Below, piece by piece: positions 53,518-64,000 of a stretch of DNA of 64,000 bases. How positions within the stretch are numbered: position 1 is the stretch's first letter; each line of letters begins with the position of its first letter. The stretch spans positions 53,506,001-53,570,000 of the forward strand of contig NC_135657.1 in assembly GCF_964188315.1 (NCBI RefSeq). Reading direction: 5' to 3'. The notes beneath the pieces were generated by a model. The model made no database searches and was not told where the DNA came from. It worked only from the letters and a program-made list of their open reading frames with translations. Position numbers and translations under genes: made by a program. Source of the stretch: Podarcis muralis. Lineage: Eukaryota.

Positions 53518-56500
53518 GTTTAGAAGCTACAGAGCAACATGCCACTTAATCTGGATGTCTGACAACATTTACTGGGGAAGCACCATAGCTCAGTGGTAAA
53601 AGCATCCATCTTCCAGGCAGAAAGTCTCAGATGGCTCTCTAGGTATCACCATCTCTAGGTAGGACTGGAAATATGTCTGAAATCCTGGAGGAGAGAGCCA
53701 TGTATGACTTCGTGAGTTCTTTGGAGGAAATGTAATAGCAATTAAACATATGGTTACAAATGAGTCTATTTCTCCCCAATGCATGTACTCAGGTATGTTA
53801 GAACACACACATATTGTTCCTGAAGGACACTGTGTCACTGGTGTACCTTAAGCACAATTGTTGAAAACAGCATGGGGCTACTGTCAGTCAGAAGCACTAT
53901 TGTTGCTTCATGCGTCCCACTGACGCATTCAGAAGAGATTCTGGCTTTGAGCCCTGCTGGCTTTGTGATTGTCTACAACATCAGCAATTCGGAGCAATGT
54001 GCAATAGTGTTGTCAGGTAATACATTGCTCTAGTTCATGGTGGACAACCTACAACCTGGGAGACGCATGCAGCTCCCAATCTCATTTTATGTAGCCCAAC
54101 ACCTCCTGAAGCCACCTGTTCTTCCTTCCCATCAGACTTTCCCCCTATTATTTCTTTTAAAGTGTCCCCCCCCCTTTCTTGTGTGGTTGCAGAACAATTG
54201 AAAGGGGAAGGATTAAATCTGATAAAAAATAACTTTATTTTCAAAAACTTCATTCTTAGATGTATGTCTTTGGGAAATAAGTCAGCCGACTGAGGACAAA
54301 TTGGCAGGCTTCTACCATATATGTATGAGTGTGTGCTAATAATGTGTGCACTGGTTCATATAGGCGTTGAAAAGTCCTCTATACTTATTTGGGAGCTACC
54401 CCCTCAAACCTCATGTGGCTTACTTGTGAGTACTGCAACGGAAAAGTTTGTTTTCTTTTTCTTTTTTTTACTGCCAGCAAATGGTTAATGAACAGCAGCT
54501 TCTGATTGGCCGAGGTTCCAGGAGTGGGGAGTTGAAAAGGAAAGGATTTGGAGATGACAGTTGGGTTAGTTGAGGGAGTAGGTTGGGAGGATAGGTAGGA
54601 AGATAGGGAGTGAGAGAGTTGGTTCTGGGTAGAAACATCCACTCTGAGGAAAATAGGAAAATATCACAAGCTAGAGAAAGGAGTCCCTGAGCTTAGTGTG
54701 AAGGACAGTGTGTGGTGTCCTGTCAGAGTAATTAGGCCAGGAATTAACTGGGAGGCTGAGGCTGAGACAGGAGAAGTAGAAGCTGTAAAGAGACAGTCTC
54801 CTTAGGTCTCATTCCAGCCAGGAGGGGAGAGATTATTCTAGAAAGAGAAGACTTCCAAACCAGTGAAACCTTGAGTCTGTTACTTTGAGTACCTCAGGAG
54901 TAGGGTTGTCTATGCGGTGTGTAACTGACAGAAAATACCACCTTGTTTAAGAACCAGAATATTAAGTTAAGAACCAAAGTATTAAGCAGTAACAGCTATG
55001 CAACAACTGAGAAAGCACTGAAGTGAAATAACATTATAATCTGAAGTATCCTATGTTTTACCCACTCATGTCATAAACTTCCATTGTTAAATAAAATCTT
55101 TATTGTTCATTTGTGGGTTTTTTAAAATAAGTTTTTATTGTTAAAATAGTTCATCATTAATACACATATACAAGCATACAAACATACATTTCATACAATC
55201 CTTAAAAGTGTTCAAACATACTTACACTCAATCCCACAAATAGTTCCTTTCTCCATCACCATCCACCACCCCTCACCCCACCTTTGTGTTTGACTTCCAA
55301 TCTACTCAATTACAATTTCTTTCCACTTCTATTACTTTCTTTCACACACCTTTAGCCTAATTTCATACTTCTTTTTCTATTACACATTGTTATCCATCTT
55401 ATTTGATATTTCAGCATTTGAAACGGAACTTGTTTATTCTAATAGGAGTTCTGATTTTTCGATATGATTTTGCAAGTATCTTTTAAACACTTTATTGTTT
55501 ATTTGAGCAAATGCTGCCTGAGACTCCAAAGTTTTACCTCACATAGTCCCCCACAAGACAATCTGAGGTAGTTTGTGGGATTTCGTGGAATTGGTGTTCT
55601 GTGAGGTGGGTACACTATTTTTTAGTGAGGGCAGGCCCAACAGCGCCGGGGAGAAAAGGGCCGTTGAGCCATCCCATATTAAACCTACAAAGGTGACTGA
55701 ATTCTAATCTGAGGTAGCCACAGTGAAAACTAAAGCGGGTGCTATTTATTCTGGATTAGTTAATTCAGAACACTTCTGTCCCTGGGCCTGCTCATCATCA
55801 GCTCTGGCTCCATTCACCAGCATATGACCCTGACCTATTTCCCTCAGGAGAAAGCAGACTCTGACATAAAAATGTCACCCATTCGTGTTAAAGTGTAAAG
55901 AAGAAACATTTTCCCTGCTACAATTTCTCCTACTTAAAACCAAAGTAGCAATGCACTTACCTGGAAATATAGCCTTCCAGAGAGTACATTTCTCTGTTAA
56001 AAAAACCCCAGAAGCAAATGCCAACCTTAACTGGGGCTAATATTTACCATCTTTTTGCAAAATACATGAACTCTAGTGTCCTTAGCACTGGCACCAATTC
56101 AGGACTCTAATTTGCTTACTGGGAATTGATTTGTTTCATAAGTAGTTCATGCACTCATTTTTAGATTTTTTAAAAATGAAGGAGGTATATCAAATATTAA
56201 AATAAAAACTATATTAATAAGTGTGGGGGTGTGGGGTGTTAAATAAGATAAACAGAAAAACAACCATCTTTCGTTTTCTTCCCCAAGGGAGTATTGCAGT
56301 GGCTTGCATTGATATAACATTGAGGTTTATTGTAGTGTACAAATATGCAGCAGCCATTATAATACTACCTTGTGACTACACCACAGGTTTCTTTAACCAT
56401 GGTTTGTTGAAGAAGCCAGGATCCCTCTCACAGATTATCACACTGAGCACAGTTTGTCTCCACCCTTGACACTTTCATGAGACTATTAGTCCCCCATAAA

Positions 56501-58739
56501 ATCAAGAAAGCTTTTCAAAGCAGAGGTTGGGTGGCCATCTGTCATGGATGTTTTAGCTGAGATTCCTGCATTGCAGGGGGTTCAATTACATGAGCCTCAG
56601 GATCCCTTCCAACTCTGCAATTATATGATTCTATAAGTCTACAATTATTGTAATTTTCTTAGACATGTTCCTCCTGTCCCTGTTTTGTTATTTATTATTA
56701 TATATTGATATGACTATATATCCTGTTCTTCCTCCCAAAGGAACCAAGGGAGGCAAACAGAACCACAGAACCTTTATCTGTTTATCTGTAGGATCTGTAG
56801 GATCAGGGTGCCAGAAAGGAATAATTTGGCATAATCTTGCTTTTGCAGGACCCAGACCTCGTGGGGGGGGGGGGAAGGGATGACTGTGAGTTGGATTCGG
56901 GGGCCTTTCTTGCTGCAGCTTGCTCATGCATATTCAAATCTAAGTGAAATTATTTGGCTCTACTTCTAAGTAAATGTGGGGGGTGCAAAACTGAAATTGT
57001 GCGCAACTGGGCAGGGTTGCACCCACAGCTTCTGCATAGTGCTCCCTCCCCCCAGTGTTCTTGAACCCTCACCAGTTCCTGTGCCTTGTGATCTATTTTG
57101 TGCCAGCTCACACTTCTGCAATTATGCCCACATGGGGATACAATTCAATGATATTTCTGTTAATAACTGCAGCAGCAGTTTTCTATATCATTTGAGTTTC
57201 AACCCTAAAGGTCAGACAGGCTCCAAAAGTGACAGGATTTGTCTAACTTCCTCCTACTTGCCAAGCTCTCTCTCTCTCTTCTTGCTTAATACTGCTGCCA
57301 AAATAATAAAACATATCTAGACTTTGATCTGGAATTCATGTCATTATAGGACATTCCAGCTATCACACAAATCGTTTGATTTTTGTTTCCGCAATACTTT
57401 TTCTGCCCTTGGGCTTGGTTTTCATGCCTAGCAACCAAAGTTATACATGATAAGGTCCTAAGTATTTCCATGACTATATCTGCTGGAAGGCTCCATCCTT
57501 CTTAAAGCAGCAATGACCCGACTTCTTCTTTTTAACTAGAGGGCACATGGGTGCTCACAGCAAACCATTACCGTTCAGCTTTCATTTCAGACTAATGGTC
57601 CAGCACTGTTTTGACAGCAGCATGGAACTTCACAACAGTTATGTAAGGTCAGACTAAAGGTGACTTTCCACGATACTGGTCAGATTACCCCTGTCTCCAA
57701 AACGTCCGTTAGTGTTTGGTTGCAGTTCCTGGGAAAAGCTAAATCTAGCTTCCAGCAGTTTAGCCAGAATGCCTGAAATATGTATGCATGAACTACCATT
57801 ACTATGGTGAATAAACTCAATTTAACAAGTATATCACAAAATCATAGAGTTGGAAGGGACCAGGAGAGTCATCTAGTCCAACCCCCTGCAATCCAGGAAT
57901 CTTTTCACCCACCGTGTGGCTCCAACCAATAACCCTGATTAAGAGTCTTGTGCTCTACCCACTGAGCTATCAACTTGGGTAATATGTACAATATGTACAA
58001 ATTATAATATGTACAAATTATTTAAATAACAATTCATTAAAATTTATTTAAATTATACTACCTATCATATTAAAACATAGAAAACAGCAACAGCATATGT
58101 AATAGCATTTATGTATCACAGCCAACCACAAGGAACCTGCTGAAATACATAAGTTAAACCACCCTTCTAAAGGCAAGCAGCTATGCAGATTTCAAGGAAA
58201 CCAGCCTTTAAAAAGGCCTCTGGCAGGACTTGGAGAGCAATTTACTAGGAATTTCAGCTTGGCATGCTAAAGCCATGGGGGGGGGGGGGCGGGACAGCCA
58301 AAGGCTATATTTGGTGTGATTAAGAAAGGGAGGGGAAATGAAAAGATAAACTTGGGATTTATAAGTCAGTTATTTTCTCAACTTGAGATTTATAAGTCAG
58401 TTATTTTCTTATTATAGTTTTGCAGGTGGACCCTCCTGAACTGGAACCAATCATTTGAACTTAAAAACTATGTTCTTTCATTTTTCTTTTATTGCAGGTA
58501 GTGCTGCTACAAAAACAGTTGCCCCTCCCAGGCGGCAAAATGTCATACTGTCTTATGTTTATTTCTCATAACTCATGCCTACCCATGCCTTAAAATGACA
58601 AATGTGCTGAACTAACACTCAATCATTGATTTGAACATAACAGCCCCACTCAGCCAAGAACAAGGACACTTGCATTTTACCCTGAGATAGTCGCTGGAAA
58701 CAAAAGATTCACCAGAACAGTATTGTTTGGTATCTGTCC

Positions 58740-59100
58740 GTCTCAAGAGACAATTGAGTGTGCCTCTGGGGATGAAGTCAAACTGCTGTGTTAGCAGCAC
58801 CAAAATGACCTCCCGGGGTGCAAGCCTGGGCAGTGTATATGGAGGTCCTGGGCTGCCCAGATGACAAGACCCCTCTCTTGGCTTCGCTGATGTGGTCAAA
58901 AGGGAAGCAGAGCAATATGTTTGGCAGCAGCGTGGCTGCAGGAGTTGCTGGAAGGAGGCATACAAAGCACCATCCAGCCATCTTAGGGACTCTGTGTAGT
59001 GTTTCTTCTCCTGAAGATATCCTGCAAGGCTTTAGGAGTGGAGTTTTCCTTCTCCTACTGGCTACCTTCCCAAGCTGATGAGCCCCATCTGCCCCTTCTA
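58740..59100. mobile_element. Interspersed repeat fragment, probably RTE-clade
   Basis: Recognised as a common squamate repeat by recall only; no termini defined. Confidence 0.4.
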
Positions 59101-60038
59101 GGAGCTACAGGTGACAGCTGAGTGCAGAGTAGGGTCAAAGGTGGACAAATTACACTGGAAGGAGCACAATGTGTCCCCCACCAGAGGTACTACCCCTCCC
59201 CTAACACCCCATACACCCCAAAGCAGGATAGGTAACAAAGCTCAAACTTTTCTTCTGTCATTGTTTTTGCCAAGTTGTTTTGTTTGTAGTTGTTTTCCTC
59301 ATTCAGTGCTGGCTACCAAATTAACTAAACACAGCAGCTGTGAAGCAAACAGAATTATAGCTGACACACTAATAATGATACTCAGCAAGTTGTGCCCTGT
59401 TCTGGTGTTTTAAAAAACTCTATGTATACTCATCCTACTGTTAAATGTACTCTGAATTATACAATGTATAGCCCAACTTCATTCTCTCCAGGACCTATGC
59501 TACTGAATCATTTATTTGGCTGAATCATCTGTGTAAACCACTTACAAAACAGTTAGCTGTTCACAATAAGTTTTCAGCATATTTTAAAATCATCCTAAGA
59601 ACTGTCTCTGAAGCGCAGAGATGTACAATTTTTCAGACATGCATTTTATATAATTAGACTTCCACACATAATATATATTATTTACAATGCAATCCCATTC
59701 TTAAATTATGCTAGCTAGGTGAGGATAGGATTCAATCACGCATGTCAACATAATTTCAATTTATGACAGATGCTACTAGGCTTTCATTACCTTAAATGAG
59801 CATTGTGCCCTGCCATTGTAACTAAAGCCATGTAAAGCAGGTCAGGGGAACAGCTGGCTTAGGCAATGCAAAGAATGGAAACGACAACATGCTGTTCCTG
59901 TATCTGCAAAACCACAAGTAGAATAATGCACAAGTGGGGATTAGGTGATGGAAACTTTGGTGAGCAGAGGACTTTGCACAAACAACAAATACCGGGCAGC
60001 CCAGGGGATTTTTTAAAAAATTCATTTAAGGTTTAGAT

Positions 60039-60174
60039 CAGGGTTTCCCAAACTTGGGTCTCCACCTGTTGTTGGACTACAACTCCCATCATCCCTAGCT
60101 AGCAGGACCAGTGGTCATGGATGATGTGAATTGTAGTCCAAAAACCGCTGGAGACCCAAGTTTGGGAACCCCTG
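60039..60174. mobile_element. hAT MITE (URR1-like, GGACTACAACTCCCATCA core)
   Basis: Inverted ends CAGGGTTTCCCAAACTTGGGTCTCC...GGAGACCCAAGTTTGGGAACCCCTG; TSD GTTTAGAT/ATTTAGAC. Confidence 0.8.
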
Positions 60175-60868
60175 ATTTAGACAAATTATTGTATTGTGAG
60201 ACCTTCTTATAGTGGCCTCAGTGCTCCAGACACCTACCAGGAAATTTAAAACTTGCTATTTTACCTGGGGCTGTAAGGAAAATGCACCCCCAGTTAGGCT
60301 AGGGAAGGAGACTCACTGGGATGAGACTCAGAGCAGGACCCCTGAGCCTCTTCCATTCTCCCCTCTCGAAGAAAATAGCAATTGCCACAAAGTGTCTACC
60401 ATCTGTTTGAAACACTGGAGAGCCACTCCATGGTTGGGATAGGGACAGCACACATAGCCCCACACCATGTACCGTTTGAATGCACTGAAGTTATGGCCAG
60501 AGCCATAACTGGGGGTAGGGGGGACTAGCCAGGTTCCCACCCCCTGGATGAAGCTTCCAGAGGGGTGCCATTGAGGCAAATGTGCATGGGGGAGGGTGCC
60601 AAACTTGGTCTTTGACCCAAGTGGAATAAAGCCTAGTTTCCCTCCTGCTTTTAGCAGAATGTGAGGGTTGAATGAAACCGCTGGCTGAGCTGTAGCCCTT
60701 TGATGCCACTACCAGCAACTCCCTGCATGGTGAGTAAAGATGGCTGAGAATCTGATAAGGCTGCGGGTGAGGGGAGCTGGTCTCCGCCCCAGCTGAGGGA
60801 AAAGGACAAGAGGAGGTTTTGAAGGAAATTGGAGGGTTTTTTTTTAAATAAAAAAAGTAAACTGATAT

Positions 60869-61624
60869 TGTCAGGGGTTCAGGAGCAGAGGCGAGGGCAA
60901 GGGAGGAAACAGAGAGCGAGGGGGAGGAGTCCGAAGAAAGGATGAGTGATGACGACGACCCAAGATCTCCGAGTCTTTCCAGTGAATCGGAAGATTCACA
61001 GAAAGGAGCGCCAGTGGCCAGAGCAAAGGGGGGGCCTAGGGGGACACCCCAGGAGGAAGGGACCAGCGGGGGTTCAGAGGGCAGCAGTTGGAAATCGGGG
61101 CCAGCGTCCCCACCAGAGCGCAGTGGAGAGGAAGGACGTCAGGGATCGAGCCCTGGCAGCTCGCAGCAGGGAGGAGGGCATGAGTCAGGAGTGACCACAT
61201 CCCCATCGGGGAGCGAAGAAACGGTCAAGCGGAAAGTGGAAGGTTGGGCGCGCGTGCCAAGTTCAAATGCACAGGAAGGCGGCGCAGTAAGCAGCCCGGA
61301 AAGGGAGCCGGGTCCTAAAGCCCGACGCAAGGAGACAGGAGGGTCCGGGGGGTCAGCGTCAGAGGAGTCCCGGAGGGAGGAGACCACGGGGGGCAGAGGG
61401 ACCCAGAGAAGGACGGTCAGGCGGAAAAGGTGGAGTAAGGCGAGGATATTAAGTTGGTGTACGAGGGGCGGAGACTCAGACGGAGCTTCGCCGGTCTAGC
61501 CATAAGACGTAGAGTTGCACGCAGCAGCTTGGAAATGGAAACTGTAACTCAATAAAGACTTTTATAAAGCGAACGCTGGCTAGCGTGATCCTCTGTGAGC
61601 TAGGATCGGGGAGCAGCTCTGACA
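60869..61624 (+). mobile_element. Solo LTR (756 bp)
   Basis: TGTCAG...CTGACA termini, perfect 5-bp TSD GATAT (60864-60868, 61625-61629), AATAAA at 61551. Confidence 0.85.
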
Positions 61625-61924
61625 GATATGGACATAACTGGAAAGATGAGAGAAAATTGCAGTTTGGGAGAGGATAAGATGCAAGTTACATGTGAAAGGA
61701 AAAGAGGAATAGAATTTAAAAGAATATGAACAACAGTTTGTGACACATGAGGCAAGGGAAGTAGAAAAAGCCTCTCTACGTAGAGCTTCTGGATCAGCAA
61801 ATTCTTCCTAAAATGGGGAGCTGAGTCAGAATACCTCCACAGCTAATGTCCGTATTTAACAGTATTTAACTTCCCTGTTCTACAGAAATTCTACAGAATT
61901 TCTGCCTGATGCATCTATACAACA

Positions 61925-62110
61925 TACTGTGGTGCTGGGAGGCCAGGATTCAAATCCTCACAGCCATGAAATTCACTGGGTGACCTTGGACAAGTCACTG
62001 CCTCTCAGCCTAATCTACCTCACAGTGTTGTTGCAGAGATTAAATGAGGAGTGGGGAGAACCACATACCTCACCGTGAGCTCATGGATGAGATAATAGTG
62101 ATAACATTAG
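61925..62110 (+). mobile_element. MIR-like CORE SINE
   Basis: GGATTCAAATCC B-box and GTGACCTTGGACAAGTCAC core. Confidence 0.65.
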
Positions 62111-62319
62111 AATGCAAAAGAACAACAAAAAAGAAAACCCTCAGCTTTTACTATGTGGGTGAATCACATTCCACCATAATAGCCCGAAACTGGGGAAGAA
62201 GGGCGTCTCTTACCACGACTTTACTTCTTTAAGGTTCAGTTCTACATAGCTTGTTCAGGAATAAACAGCTCAGCTGGGCTGAACAGATGTAAGAGGTTTA
62301 TAGACAAAACTAGTAAGGC

Positions 62320-62675
62320 GGGTGGCGCTGTGGGTAAAAGCCTCAGCGCCTAGGGCTTGCCGATCGTCAGGTCGGCGGTTCGAATCCCCGCAGCGGGGTG
62401 CGCTCCCGTTGCTCGGTCCCAGCGCCTGCCAACCTAGCAGTTCGAAAGCACCCCCGGGTGCAAGTATATAAATAGGGACCGCTTACTAGCGGGAAGGTAA
62501 ATGGCGTTTCCGTGTGCGGCTCTGGCTCGCCAGAGCAGCGATGTCACGCTGGCCACGTGACCCGGAAGTGTCTCCGGACAGCGCTGGCCCCCGGCCTCTT
62601 GAGTGAGATGGGCACACAACCCTAGAGTCTGGCAAGACTGGCCCATACGGGCAGGGGTACCTTTACCTTTACCTT
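62320..62675 (+). mobile_element. Sauria SINE, young
   Basis: CpG-rich, (ACCTTT)3 tail, TSD TAGTAAGGC (62311-62319, 62676-62684). Confidence 0.9.
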
Positions 62676-64000
62676 TAGTAAGGCCAGGGCTGGCCGGTGT
62701 AAAGCTCATGGGCACAAGTATGACCGCCAGTACCTCCCAAGTTGCCCACAAAAGATCTCAGTAAATAGCCCCTCAAAATTCCACAATATACGTTTGCTCT
62801 TTCTGCCATGTTCCTGTTTGCACACGGGTTCGGCCTATACTTGAACACATTCCCTTAAACATGGTTACATTTCATTGGATGCCAGGATTGGACACCCACC
62901 CTTTCTTCCATTCTTAACAGAGGAGAGGTGTAAATATATTCTCTCCGTGAGTGTGATAGTGGTTGATATAGGGGTCTTTTCCCCATTGAAAAGGGGGACA
63001 TATGCCATTTTGTGGTCCTGTCGTCGTCGTCCCCCGCCGCTCTTTTATTTGTGGCAGCCATTTTCTGTTATGTCAGTATGTAGTGCCACCCACGATAGCC
63101 ATTTTGTGTTATGCCACACTCCCACAGCAGCCATTTTATGTTATGCTATGCCCCATGACACTTGTGGAACTTTCCCAGAATTCCAAATGTACCTGCTGGT
63201 CCAAAATGTTGGCAACCGCTGAGGTAGACCAAGATGCTCAAAGACCTCCAGACCAATTGAAAGACAGTCTGGTATTATGACATTATTAAGATGTGCTTTA
63301 AAATGCTTTATCTATGGCAGGGGGTGAGACAACCTGATCTCTTACAACTCTGATCATTCTTTGATGATAATATTGGTTGCCAGTTTGCTACTTGTTGTGT
63401 GGAATAGCAGCTTCAGTTACACAGATTCCATGTGCCTAGTCCAGTGAACAGACATATCTGTGACGTGGATCCCACTCCTTTGCCACTTTCCATCATCCAG
63501 TTCCAAAGTACCGGTAGTGGTGAAGCCTGAACCAATTACGGCAAAAGATACCATACTATATCCATATTGTTTAAATGACATGTCTGTTAATGGTGTGGCC
63601 ATTAACAGTTGTAATTTCCTGTCATTCTGGAGTTTGAGTGAACATGGAAAGCCCTTTACCTACTATGTTAAACTGAAAGGGTTGTTGTTGTTGTTGTTGT
63701 TGTTAATTGAATTAGGTCATTAGTCCACGGAGCAAGAGGTCTGAGTTCTCATATCACATAATATGATTCACAAAGGAGTCAGGCTACTGCATTTCCTCCT
63801 GTTTCTAAACTAAATTATCTAAACGGACATAGAGAGTATAGGAATAACATTACCATGGACTTAATATGACATACAACCTCCTTCACTAATGGTCTGATAG
63901 CAAGCAGTCCAAAAGGAACACACTCTGATTTTATTTTGTCTTTATTGTAAGGTTTCAATACATTCTGACAAGGGGGTTGGGACAATCCGTGATCAACGTT

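Noticed and set aside
54290-55720. Purine-rich, LTR-like stretch with AATAAA, apparently interrupted by a LINE tail
   Set aside because: I could not define termini or a TSD, so it is not called as a feature.
58352-58411. 31-bp tandem duplication (also short duplications at 4838-4862 and 57981-58020)
   Set aside because: Ordinary slippage products with no further structure.
59118-59135. DR1-like nuclear receptor site GGGTCAAAGGTGGA
   Set aside because: A single imperfect motif, with no conservation evidence available from the sequence.

Overview
Vertebrate genomic DNA from a squamate, most likely a lacertid lizard, judging from the Sauria SINEs, the tRNA-derived SINEs and the hAT and Tc1/mariner MITEs. 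There is one assembly gap at 3729-3929. The window holds almost the whole SNX9 (sorting nexin 9) gene on the minus strand, from the start codon at 42302 (in a CpG island) to the stop at 1221, followed by about 21 kb of repeat-rich upstream intergenic DNA. I traced 17 of the expected 18 coding exons by translation and GT-AG boundaries. Exon 16 lies on the PLUS strand next to the gap, and exon 17 was not found. The most interesting object is a 1343-bp hAT-type non-autonomous transposon (5540-6882, 8-bp TSD). It carries about 1.2 kb of apparently captured host DNA: a CpG-rich promoter-like region plus a signal-peptide-like reading frame beginning MKPPG, which resembles the ADAM23 N-terminus. Other items of note are a solo LTR with an internal 185-aa ORF, a 116-bp foldback element with TG..CA ends and a 5-bp TSD, and a MITE carrying a tandem hairpin array. 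All identifications come from reading the sequence and recalling known families; no database search was run.
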